Shown here: positions 17,410 through 26,115 of the stretch, one piece after another
Layout: each line of letters begins with the position of its first letter
Numbering within the stretch: position 1 is the stretch's first letter
NCBI GenBank assembly: GCA_037446635.1
Contig: JBBIIG010000001.1
Location: 1 to 42,696 of the forward strand
Origin: a bacterium
GTDB lineage: Bacteria > Zhuqueibacterota > Zhuqueibacteria > Oceanimicrobiales > Oceanimicrobiaceae
Direction: 5' to 3'
DNA: 42,696 bases
Notes under the pieces: model-generated
Told to the model about the DNA's origin: nothing
What the model saw: the letters and a program-made list of their open reading frames with translations, nothing else
Databases searched by the model: none
Program-made: the position numbers and the translations under genes

Positions 17410-20400
17410 TCAATCCTTCACCGTATAAATCTTCCCATCGCGCATCGTCAGCTTCTTCAAGTTTTCGCCGGTCAAGGGATGCGAGCCCAACCGGCCGCCG
17501 ACGCCAATCTGGTTGCCGCTTTCGTCATTCGGGCGGTCGCGGTGCACACCCTCGGCAACGGCAACCGCCGGACCGTTGGTGCGATAGGTGGCGATTAATT
17601 CAGGAACGGGCTCGGGCGAGAATCCGAGATGGCCGGGTACTTCCGGTCCCAGCAGGCGAATCACACGCAGCCCATTCCGGCCATCTGCTAAAAACGCGAA
17701 GGTGCTGGCATTTACCGTGCCGGTGGTGACCGCGGTGGCGTCATTGATTGCACCGTTGGCAATATATTTTCCCAGCACGCGCGGCTGCTCGATTTTTTCA
17801 ATGTCGATAATCACCAGGCCATCTTTGCCGCCGGCCACGTAGGCGTAGTGACGCATCGGGTAAACATCGCGGGCGTCGGTGAGGCGGATGTAGGAATCTG
17901 GCACCAAAGTAGGTTTAGCTGGATTAGTGACATCGAAAATCTTAAAGCCCTCTTTGTCAACAACCAGGCAATATCGGAACTGGATGGCGAGGGATTTGCC
18001 CTCGATAATATCCGGCTTGCCGACACTTGCCAACCATTTCGGCGATTTGGGATCCGAAATATCCACCACATTTAGCCCGGTCGTTTCGCTCATGATATAA
18101 GCATAATTTCCAGCGACGCGAATTTTCACCGCTCCTTCCAATTTATTGTCGGGATTATAGGTGACAGTTCGGCGAATGTAGTTGTTCTGCGGATTGTGAT
18201 CGTGGAAGGTGTTGACATCTACGATGATCAAGCCTTCATATCGGTCAGTGATATAAGCGTAGCGGAAAATTTTCGCCACCGGTTTTTCGAGATTAATTTC
18301 CAGTTGCGGGCGGTCGAGATTCATCGTCGCGTTGACCGGCAGCGCCACACACGTTGCATCGCGGGTGGAGATGCTGGTTTTCTGTCCGAAGCCGCTGTTC
18401 TGATTTTGCACGATGCGCTGGGCTTTGGCTTTGTTGGAAATGTTGGCGCGGTCATAGACTTTGAATCCGCCGGGACCATCAGCCACAAAAACAAATTCGC
18501 CGCGCGCCCCAATGCTTTTGGCGTTCTTCGATCCCGCGCTGTACGCCGTGCTCAACTGCCGGCCATTCGCCACAAATTTTTGAAACGACTCCGGCTCCAG
18601 GCGCTGATGCATGCTGCTGCCAATCACCGGTTGCGGCTCCGAGCCTTCGGTAACTTTTACCGCTTGAATTCCACTGCTGCCGGTGGCCACGTAAGCATAT
18701 TCGCCGATGAAATTGATGGCGTTGGTGCCCATGCCGTACACCGCCGCCAGCCAGGCGTTGTTATCATTTTTCTCAGAAATGTGACAGTCGCTGCACTGCT
18801 TGGTTTCCGCCGTGCGGACGGTGTGCGGCGGGTTGGGGGTCACCGCGAAGCCGCTGTAGCCCGGCGCGGAAATGGTAACCTGCTGGTGCACCACCTCGTT
18901 GCGGTTGCGGTCGCGCGCCGAGACCACCACCGCAGAGGCCGATCTCATCGGCGAATATTTGTTGCCCTTGGAGCTGCCGTTGATGCCAATCAAAAACGCA
19001 TCGGCGCGCAACACTTGCGGATTGTACATGACGTAGGCGCGGGTCATGTCGCCCTCGTAGTGCGTCTCCGGCGCTTTGCGGTTGACATCGGCAGAGAGGT
19101 GGCAGCCGTAGCATTGGGTATTCCACGCGGAGTGGCAGGTGTAGCATTCCATTTTTTCGCTGCTGTGCGCCAGTTCACTTTCGTCGGTGGCGTTGCCAAA
19201 TGAGCCGTCTCTCGCGAGGGTGTGGGCGCGGGCGGCTTTCGCGTTGTAGTTGGAACTGCCGGAATTATTGATGTCCACTAACTGTGGGATTTCCCATTTC
19301 AAATTGGGATAAACTTTTGAGTGCTGGATAATTTTCTTGCCGCTAACTTCAAATACTCGTTGCCCGAAGGCGTTACGCGGCCCGGTTTGCCGCCCGGCGA
19401 GATCGACGCCATCGCCCGACGCCACTCCGGAAGTGATGAGCGTGGCGCGTTTTGTAGAAGTGCCATGGCAATCCTCGCAGCGGATTTCGATGCCATCGAT
19501 CATCGCGCCCCAGATTTCGCCGGTGCCGTGCACGTCCTTTTCCGTGTGGCAGTCGATGCAGTGCATGCCTTTCTCAAAATGAATGTCCTTGAGATGAACG
19601 GCTTTGTTGAAGCGCTCGGGATCGTCATGTGCAACGATGTTGCCCTCGGCATCGAGCAGGTTGCCTTTGCGGTCCATTTTATAGACGCGGCGGAAATTCC
19701 ACGAGTGGCCGTGCCAGTCTTCAATTTGCACGTCTTTGTACGTATTGTTGTTGGCGTATAGCGTGCGGATTTTGGCTTCGCTGTTTTGTTCATCGCGGCG
19801 GGCGCCCGGCTCGAGAATTTTATCGGCGTCGGTTTCCTGATCCCACCACATCGCGCCGACGTAATTGCCGAGCGCGCCGTTACCCTGATGGTGATGGCAG
19901 GTGAGGCACTGCGACACTGGCACGCGTGTCGTCAGTTTGTGCGCCACCGGATGCCCCTTTTCATTTTTGGGAATGCTTTTATCCGCGCTGCCTGAGTATC
20001 CGGACTGGCCGCCGTTTTTGTAAAATTCTTCCAATTCCGGGCCGCTGTTTTGGGGATTGACATCGTTGGCGTAGAGCACGTGGCAGGCAGTGCAGCCGCT
20101 GTTGCGGTAGTCGCCGCCGGTTTCATTGGTGCCTATGAACCACAACGTGGGATCGTTCAAACGCGTTTTGTGCAGCACAATGCCGCCGCCCGCAATGTGA
20201 AAGTCCGTGCCGGGGCCGCGAGTGCCGGCGTCGTTGTTGCCGCGCTCCAGCACCCGAAAGGCATCGGTGGCGGGAATGCCTTCGAATGCGGGGAGGGGCT
20301 CCAGTTTCGCAACCAAGCTGCTCTTCTTAATATGATCGTTGGCACTCGCCTTTTTAGCTGCAGAATTTTGAGAGGTGAGAATGGCGGGCGTACCGTCCGG

Positions 20401-20901
20401 CATGTAGGCTTCGCCGAACACCGGCACCTTTGCCGGATGAATACCGTTGTTATAGAGTCCCGCTTGCGGCACCATGGCGCTATGGGCCATAATAGAAGAA
20501 ATCGCTTTTTTATATATTTCCTGATGGCAGCGACCACAGGTTTGCTCCGCCACCCGGAAATCGCCGGGGTTCATAAAACGAATGAAGGCGATGGATTCTT
20601 TGTTCAAGGCCGTGTAGCTGTGCATCGGGTTGGCCGAACTGGCGAACACCCCCGGATTATTGGGACGAACGTGCGCGCCTTCTTTGGTGGCGGCGTTGCC
20701 GTTGCCGCCGTGGCAGCCCACGCAAGTCACGCCGATTTCATGATCGCCGTCGCCGTGCATGGACTCGATGCCCTGGTGGCAGTCCATGCAACCCTGGGAG
20801 TCGTTGGCGGCCTGGGCGTGCACGTTTCCAATAACCACGATGCTGAGAAAAACAACAATCAAAGCAGCCGTCGCGCTTATATGCAGATGCTTAGTTTTCA
20901 T
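17410..20901 (-). CDS. Large secreted decaheme c-type cytochrome with a C-terminal LVIVD-repeat beta-propeller (1163 aa)
   Basis: Signal peptide ending VHA-Q. Ten CxxCH motifs: CMDCH, CVGCH, CGRCH, CTACH, CLTCH, CIDCH, CEDCH, CYTCH, CYGCH, CSDCH. Repeats YAYVATGSSGIQAV, YAYITDRYEGLIIVDV, YAYIMSETTGLNVVDISDP and YAYVAGGKDGLVIIDI. Confidence 0.88.
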   Translation of the reverse strand: MKTKHLHISATAALIVVFLSIVVIGNVHAQAANDSQGCMDCHQGIESMHGDGDHEIGVTCVGCHGGNGNAATKEGAHVRPNNPGVFASSANPMHSYTALNKESIAFIRFMNPGDFRVAEQTCGRCHQEIYKKAISSIMAHSAMVPQAGLYNNGIHPAKVPVFGEAYMPDGTPAILTSQNSAAKKASANDHIKKSSLVAKLEPLPAFEGIPATDAFRVLERGNNDAGTRGPGTDFHIAGGGIVLHKTRLNDPTLWFIGTNETGGDYRNSGCTACHVLYANDVNPQNSGPELEEFYKNGGQSGYSGSADKSIPKNEKGHPVAHKLTTRVPVSQCLTCHHHQGNGALGNYVGAMWWDQETDADKILEPGARRDEQNSEAKIRTLYANNNTYKDVQIEDWHGHSWNFRRVYKMDRKGNLLDAEGNIVAHDDPERFNKAVHLKDIHFEKGMHCIDCHTEKDVHGTGEIWGAMIDGIEIRCEDCHGTSTKRATLITSGVASGDGVDLAGRQTGPRNAFGQRVFEVSGKKIIQHSKVYPNLKWEIPQLVDINNSGSSNYNAKAARAHTLARDGSFGNATDESELAHSSEKMECYTCHSAWNTQCYGCHLSADVNRKAPETHYEGDMTRAYVMYNPQVLRADAFLIGINGSSKGNKYSPMRSASAVVVSARDRNRNEVVHQQVTISAPGYSGFAVTPNPPHTVRTAETKQCSDCHISEKNDNNAWLAAVYGMGTNAINFIGEYAYVATGSSGIQAVKVTEGSEPQPVIGSSMHQRLEPESFQKFVANGRQLSTAYSAGSKNAKSIGARGEFVFVADGPGGFKVYDRANISNKAKAQRIVQNQNSGFGQKTSISTRDATCVALPVNATMNLDRPQLEINLEKPVAKIFRYAYITDRYEGLIIVDVNTFHDHNPQNNYIRRTVTYNPDNKLEGAVKIRVAGNYAYIMSETTGLNVVDISDPKSPKWLASVGKPDIIEGKSLAIQFRYCLVVDKEGFKIFDVTNPAKPTLVPDSYIRLTDARDVYPMRHYAYVAGGKDGLVIIDIEKIEQPRVLGKYIANGAINDATAVTTGTVNASTFAFLADGRNGLRVIRLLGPEVPGHLGFSPEPVPELIATYRTNGPAVAVAEGVHRDRPNDESGNQIGVGGRLGSHPLTGENLKKLTMRDGKIYTVKD

Positions 20902-20930
20902 GGTACCCTCATTCCTCCGATTATGATTAA

Positions 20931-20959
20931 CCTTGCGAAGCTTTCAAAGCTTCGCAAGG
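20931..20959. repeat. Perfect intergenic palindrome of the AACCTT(G/C)CGAAG family
   Basis: CCTTGCGAAGCTTT-c-AAAGCTTCGCAAGG with 14-bp arms. Related sequences are at 24131-24143, 24594-24626 and 12527-12541. Confidence 0.8.
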
Positions 20960-20968
20960 GTTGGTGCC

Positions 20969-22513
20969 TTAAAACAGCGTGACCAGTGTCAGATTTCCAG
21001 TAAAGACGGTTTCATCAACGCCTAACTGCTTGGCGCCATCCTGTGGAAAGAAAATGTTGCCGCCAATCTGGAGGATAAAATTTTCATTGAGGAAAAGGCG
21101 ATAGTTGAGCTGAGTATTCAATTCAAAGCCAATGGACTTGGAATCAAAAAATCCGGCCGGCCCAAGAAAGGCGCTCTCAGTTTTCATAAACTGAAAATAA
21201 TTGAAGTTGCTGGTGGAAAAAAGTTTTGGCGTCAGCACCAGATCCAAACCAACGTTGGCTAACAACATGCCGGGATTGATGAACTCGGACAAGATCCCCT
21301 GATTGGAAGGAATAAAACTGTTGGGTTTGCTAAAGGCCGCGCCGCCAATAATGAAGCTGTTGGCGCCGCCAAACAAATTGATGTTTTCGTTGATGGCGGC
21401 GAAGCCTTTGGCTTTGTCATCGAACGGGTCGTCGTCGCCGGAGGTAATGAAAAACGCCGCCCGATAATTGCGATAATCAGAAGGGTAGGCGAACTCGACG
21501 CCGGCGAGATACGCGCTCACGTCCACCTCGGCTTGCACTGGCCCCTCTTGGAGAGGGAAGACAAACTCGTCTTTCCCAAAAGCAACATAAATCGCGGGGT
21601 TGAATTCGAGGCGCCCAAAATGGCCGTCGGCTGCCATTCCTAAATAGAAGACATCGAGCTTATCCTGATTCAACCCAGTAAAAAATCGGTCGCGGCGGTC
21701 GCGATTGTAATGCGCCGAGAAGACCGTGTTGAATCCCGGCCGCAGGAAATCCTGCACAAAGAAATTGGCGAAAAAGACCTGCTGCTCCTGCCGGTCGAAC
21801 GTGAGCAAGCCATTTTCCTTTTTGCGGAGATCGAGATACGCCAGCGCCCACTGGTTGCGGTTGGCGTTCAGCTCGCCAAACAACTGCGCGCCCAAATTGA
21901 AATCCTGAAAGATGAAGCCATTGAAATCGGTTTTGAAAAATTGCGAGCCGGCGCGCACGGCGGCGAAATCGTAATTTGGACCAACATCGAAAAGTTTCAA
22001 CTCGCCAAACAGTTCAAGAAAACTGAAATCCTCATTTTCATTGTCGCCGCGGTTCAAAAATCCTTTGCCGGAGGCTTTGAGACTCCAATCTTTCGGCTTG
22101 AACACGGTCGAGCCGTGAAAGATTTCGAGCGCGGTTACGACATCGTTGTTGAATTGCCCCTCGGCATTTCCTCCGCCTGCGGTCACAATTGCTTTGGGAG
22201 TGTACAGCGCCGTCAGCACCATGAACGTGTTGTCTCCGATCACCGGGAAATCGCCCTTGAGGGGATTTTGGTTATAGGGATCGACAATCGAGCCGCGCGG
22301 CACCTGCACGCCGTAAGCATCCAGAATCCGCCAGCGGTAAAACAGCGGACGCAGCCGAGGGCCGGCTTCCTGCTGCTGCGGCGCCGGCGCCAGCTCCACC
22401 GCCGGCGTTTCTTCTTCATTGCCAGCGCTCATTTGAAATGCTGAGCTTGACCCTGTAAATAAAAACAGCGCCAAACTCGAAACGACAGCGATTTGCATTC
22501 TCAGTTTTTGCAT
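20969..22513 (-). CDS. Predicted outer-membrane beta-barrel protein (porin-like)
   Basis: Signal peptide, Phe/Gly/Asn-rich alternating amphipathic strands and a C-terminal Phe (GNLTLVTLF). It sits between two multiheme cytochrome genes. Confidence 0.75.
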   Translation of the reverse strand: MQKLRMQIAVVSSLALFLFTGSSSAFQMSAGNEEETPAVELAPAPQQQEAGPRLRPLFYRWRILDAYGVQVPRGSIVDPYNQNPLKGDFPVIGDNTFMVLTALYTPKAIVTAGGGNAEGQFNNDVVTALEIFHGSTVFKPKDWSLKASGKGFLNRGDNENEDFSFLELFGELKLFDVGPNYDFAAVRAGSQFFKTDFNGFIFQDFNLGAQLFGELNANRNQWALAYLDLRKKENGLLTFDRQEQQVFFANFFVQDFLRPGFNTVFSAHYNRDRRDRFFTGLNQDKLDVFYLGMAADGHFGRLEFNPAIYVAFGKDEFVFPLQEGPVQAEVDVSAYLAGVEFAYPSDYRNYRAAFFITSGDDDPFDDKAKGFAAINENINLFGGANSFIIGGAAFSKPNSFIPSNQGILSEFINPGMLLANVGLDLVLTPKLFSTSNFNYFQFMKTESAFLGPAGFFDSKSIGFELNTQLNYRLFLNENFILQIGGNIFFPQDGAKQLGVDETVFTGNLTLVTLF

Positions 22514-22552
22514 AGCCCCTGGTCTCCGTTTTAGAGTTTTCGATACGTCGAA

Positions 22553-22609
22553 GTAGGTCGACCAAATCTGGTCGATTTAAGTGCCACGCACTTTTGAAGT
22601 GCGTGGCAC
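22553..22609. repeat. Two adjacent hairpins: a GTAG-headed REP-like unit and a 13-bp perfect palindrome
   Basis: GTAGG-TCGACCA-aatc-TGGTCGA (22553-22575) and GTGCCACGCACTT-ttg-AAGTGCGTGGCAC (22581-22609), just after the stop of the octaheme gene. Confidence 0.75.
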
Positions 22610-22616
22610 ATTACTA

Positions 22617-24089
22617 TCACGTTCCGCTGTGGCACTCCGAGCACTTCTGCGGCCCGGAGCCCTCCTCGCGGTGACAGGCGCGGCAGTTGCCGTGAAACGC
22701 CCCTTCGCGGTTGGCCACCGCCGTGGCTTCGAATTTGTGACAGGCGCCGTCGCTGCAGTTGCCGGGGCGCTCGCCGGCTTTCGATTTATGGTGGCAGACG
22801 AGGCACACCTCGGCCTCTTTAAATCCCGTGATGTATTTCTGGTGCTTGACATGCGGGAAAAAGACTTTGCCCTTTTGCCCTTTGAGATTCAGCATCCAGG
22901 TATCCGGCACGCCCGCCAACCGGCCGCTGCCGGTTGCCGCCGCTTTGGCGGGCGGTTTCGCTGTTGGAGTATCCGGCTTGGGAACGTCTGCCGGCTTCGG
23001 TGTTTGGACTACGGGAGGCGGCGAGGCAGCTTGCGAGGGTTCCGGAAATTTCTCGAATACCGGCTCGGCCTTCGGCGGCGCAACCGGCTTGGGCTTCTCA
23101 ACCACCACCTCCGCCGGGCGCTCTTCGCTGACGCGGATCGTGTACTCCGATTCCCAGTGGCGAATCGCCGCCGAAAACGCCTCGACATTGAAGGGTTTGT
23201 AAGTCGGACTCAACTCGTTGTGGCAGGCGCGGCACATGCGATCGCGCTCGTTGAGATCGCTGTAAACCCGGAAGCCCATCGCTTGCAATTCCTGCTGGTT
23301 AACGTTGGGTCCGAAATGCTTGTTGAGATATTCGCCGCCGGGTCCGTGGCAGGCCTCGCAGCCCACGCCGTCTTCGTCGCGATATTTGGGTCCGAGGCGC
23401 TCCGCGGAAACCCCGTAAGCCGTCACATGACACTTGCGGCACTGCCAGTCGGCAACAGGGTCGTTGATGCCCCGTTTTTTCGCAAAGGCTTTGGAGTAGG
23501 GCTTGGTGAGCGTTTCAAAAGCGTCGGCGTGAAAATGATCGCGCCATACGCCGTACGCCCCCAGAGCAAATCCCGCGTGCGGCTTATTGTGACAGGGGAC
23601 GCACGCCGCGACTCCGACGTACTTTGCGGTGATCGTTTCATCAACCGTGGGCGTCTTCGCAGCTTTGTAATCTTCGGGGATGACGAAATCACACGCGACC
23701 GGTTGATCAGAAATAAAACTCGCCGAGACCCAACCATCGACGTAACCAGCGGCGTCGTTCACGCGGTACCAGCCCGATTGGATTTCAAAAACGTCGAGCC
23801 GATCGCATTTGAACACGTGGCCAATAACCCCGAAACTCGCGCCCGCGCCGCTGCGAACGTTGAGGCATTGCGTTTTCACAAATCCCCGTTTGATGGCCTG
23901 GCGCGTGAAATTCGGATTGGCCGCGATGTCTGGCTCAATGACGGGTGCGGTTGTTTCCGTAGTGGCGGAAGTATCGGCTGCGGCCCAGGTGTCTTCTTTT
24001 TTGGAAGAGCCTTCTTTTTCTTTGCCGCAGCCAACTAACACTGTCAGGCAGAACATAATTGCGATCAATAATAGTTTGCCATTGGACAT
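22617..24089 (-). CDS. Octaheme lipoprotein: SH3b domain, cytochrome c554-like tetraheme domain, Pro-rich linker and class III cytochrome c3 domain
   Basis: Lipobox LVGC. SH3b reads LNVRSGAG...GWYRV...GWVSASFI. The c554-like domain has YVGVAACVPCH, CRKCH, VGCEACHGPG and CRACH. The c3-like domain has VFFPHVKH, CLVCHH, CSDGACH (CX4CH), CRACH and CSECH. Confidence 0.88.
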   Translation of the reverse strand: MSNGKLLLIAIMFCLTVLVGCGKEKEGSSKKEDTWAAADTSATTETTAPVIEPDIAANPNFTRQAIKRGFVKTQCLNVRSGAGASFGVIGHVFKCDRLDVFEIQSGWYRVNDAAGYVDGWVSASFISDQPVACDFVIPEDYKAAKTPTVDETITAKYVGVAACVPCHNKPHAGFALGAYGVWRDHFHADAFETLTKPYSKAFAKKRGINDPVADWQCRKCHVTAYGVSAERLGPKYRDEDGVGCEACHGPGGEYLNKHFGPNVNQQELQAMGFRVYSDLNERDRMCRACHNELSPTYKPFNVEAFSAAIRHWESEYTIRVSEERPAEVVVEKPKPVAPPKAEPVFEKFPEPSQAASPPPVVQTPKPADVPKPDTPTAKPPAKAAATGSGRLAGVPDTWMLNLKGQKGKVFFPHVKHQKYITGFKEAEVCLVCHHKSKAGERPGNCSDGACHKFEATAVANREGAFHGNCRACHREEGSGPQKCSECHSGT

Positions 24090-24141
24090 GGTTTTGTCCC
24101 TTTGTTTATTGGAGAGATGAACCTTGAATCCTTCGCAGGGG

Positions 24142-26031
24142 TTACTTCAACATCAGCAACTTGCGCGTCAGGCGCACTCCGTCGCCGACCAATTGATACA
24201 CGTAAACTCCGCTGGCCACGGATTGCCCGGCCTGATCGCGGCCATCCCACACCGCGGCGTGAAAACCCGCCGGCCGGGTTTCATCAATCAACGTGGCGAT
24301 TTCCTCGCCCAGCAGATTGTAAATTTTCAGCGTTACCCGGCTTTGCTGCGGCAAGCCGAAGCGAATGGTGGTGGTCGGGTTGAACGGGTTGGGGAAATTC
24401 TGCGCTAACTCAAAAGTTGCCGGCAGCGCCGACAAATCGCCGAGCTCGTCGCCGAGAAATTCCCGCGTGCCCACCAGCAGTTTCAACCGTTTTGGATGGC
24501 CTTCGTTGTCGCCGGCAATCATGTAGGAATTCGTCTCCCGCAAATTGGTTTTAATTTTGAGCGCTTCGTCCACGAGATAGATTTCGGGCGCAAAACCTTC
24601 CGAAGGTTTCAAGTCTTCGGAAGGTTGGAAGGTCAACCGCACCGCGTCGCGGATGTTGGTTCTAACTTCGAATTCCCAAATCTCGCCGTCGAGCGGTTCA
24701 GGGCGGACGTCGGTGGTGTAACTCGAAGCGATCTGCCCCCACTCCGGATGGGGAAAATAGACGGAGACGTACTCGCCAATCACCGGCGCTTCGGGGAGAT
24801 CGAATTCGTCCCAGCCGGCGGCGGCGTCCGCGCGCACGGCGGCGAGCGTTTGCGTGTCGCGGGCGTTTTGAATGTGAGCGGAGATGCGAATGGTCCATTC
24901 ATACTCGACATGCGCGAGATTTTCTTTTGGCGCCGAAGCCGTTGCCGAGCCGAGCAGCGGATCGATGAGCAATTGGTCCGCGGCGTTGCGGAAAACGGCG
25001 TAGCCATCGAAGGGTTGGAGAGAGCCGGTGAAGGTGACGAACTCGCCGTTGAAGGCGCGGATGTCGAGGGCTGCACCGCTGCCTAATCGCACTTTGGAAA
25101 GGGGAATGGCGAAGGTGAAGGGGCTGCCCACGAAATTCCAGCCGGCGGTGAGGTTGAAGGCAAACGGGTTGTCGGTGCGGCTGGAGCGGCCGGCGCCGGT
25201 GTCGATGACTTTGCCAGCGGAACGGACAATCAACCAAAAGGCTTTGCCGGGTACAAGGTTGCCGACGTTGGGAAATTCAGCGTAGGATTGGTTGTTGCCA
25301 GCGTCAATTCCACCGGAGGCGTTGGGGCGCAATTCAAAGAAGCGCCACTCGGTGTCGTCGTATGCGCCGAGATCATCCACCAAAACCGCGTTGGCGGATT
25401 TGGCGTCGGCATCGAACGGAATTGAAATCAACCGATAGCCGTTTTGGGCGCTGCCTGCCGGCTGCGCGGTGGATTTCACCACGCCGGGATCGGGGACGGT
25501 GACTTGCACACTGAAAAATCCGGCAGCCGGCTCGCGGTCCGAAAGCCCTCCCAGATCCAGCGCTTCGATGAAATACTCCACGCCGCGATCGGTCACCGAG
25601 GCCGCGGGGATCGTCCCCGAAAACGTGCTGCCGGATTGGGTCATGTTAGCGGAGGAGAAGGCGTTGTCACCGGCGCGGCGGAATTTCAGCGTGGCGGAGT
25701 TGAGGCCGCCGGCGTCCGTAATGGTGGCGCTGATGGTGATATCCTGATTCACCGCCGCGGTGGTGGCGGCGGTGTGAGTGATCATGGGGGGAAGATTCAC
25801 TTCGATCTCGTCCACCGTGGTGGGGACGAATCCACCCAAAAGCGAAAATTGCGCGCTGCTGGCCAGGTTGCCGCTGACGGGCTGACCAAAAATAGAGGCC
25901 ACCAGCGCGAAATTGGCGGATTGCGCCGCGCCGCCGGACGTGCTCTGTTCGGAAGAGGGCAGGGTGGTTTGCGCCGTCGCTTCCGCGAACCCGATCCCCA
26001 AAATTAAAAAGAGGAAGAAATTTATTTTCAT
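24142..26031 (-). CDS. Secreted protein with a C-terminal FlgD-Ig/T9SS-type sorting domain (629 aa)
   Basis: Signal peptide MKINFF...ATA-Q and C-terminal LAQNFPNPFNPTTTIRFGLP...WDGRD...SGVYVYQL...RKLLMLK. Its body is paralogous to the C-terminal part of 30718-35895. Confidence 0.82.
   Translation of the reverse strand: MKINFFLFLILGIGFAEATAQTTLPSSEQSTSGGAAQSANFALVASIFGQPVSGNLASSAQFSLLGGFVPTTVDEIEVNLPPMITHTAATTAAVNQDITISATITDAGGLNSATLKFRRAGDNAFSSANMTQSGSTFSGTIPAASVTDRGVEYFIEALDLGGLSDREPAAGFFSVQVTVPDPGVVKSTAQPAGSAQNGYRLISIPFDADAKSANAVLVDDLGAYDDTEWRFFELRPNASGGIDAGNNQSYAEFPNVGNLVPGKAFWLIVRSAGKVIDTGAGRSSRTDNPFAFNLTAGWNFVGSPFTFAIPLSKVRLGSGAALDIRAFNGEFVTFTGSLQPFDGYAVFRNAADQLLIDPLLGSATASAPKENLAHVEYEWTIRISAHIQNARDTQTLAAVRADAAAGWDEFDLPEAPVIGEYVSVYFPHPEWGQIASSYTTDVRPEPLDGEIWEFEVRTNIRDAVRLTFQPSEDLKPSEGFAPEIYLVDEALKIKTNLRETNSYMIAGDNEGHPKRLKLLVGTREFLGDELGDLSALPATFELAQNFPNPFNPTTTIRFGLPQQSRVTLKIYNLLGEEIATLIDETRPAGFHAAVWDGRDQAGQSVASGVYVYQLVGDGVRLTRKLLMLK
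24594..24626. repeat. REP-like palindrome embedded in frame within a CDS
   Basis: AACCTTCCGAAG-gtttcaagt-CTTCGGAAGGTT has perfect 12-bp arms, is translated as QPSEDLKPSEG, and belongs to the same family as intergenic 20931-20959. Confidence 0.7.
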
Positions 26032-26115
26032 TTTTTTACCTTGAATAATATTAAACACTGAAAACACCGAAACCACTGAAGAGCCGTTATTTTTGGTTTT
26101 GAAATATGAACAACA

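Noticed and set aside
18196..20982. Plus-strand ORFs of 335 and 310 aa
   Set aside because: They are antisense to the decaheme-LVIVD gene. Such open shadow frames are expected from its codon bias.
17410..22513. Naming the barrel and decahemes mtrB/mtrA/mtrC
   Set aside because: Sizes, heme spacing and the LVIVD fusion do not match the Mtr proteins. Only the general porin-cytochrome logic is shared.
22581..24038. 485-aa plus-strand ORF
   Set aside because: It is the antisense shadow of the octaheme lipoprotein gene, has no recognisable motifs, and starts inside a palindrome.
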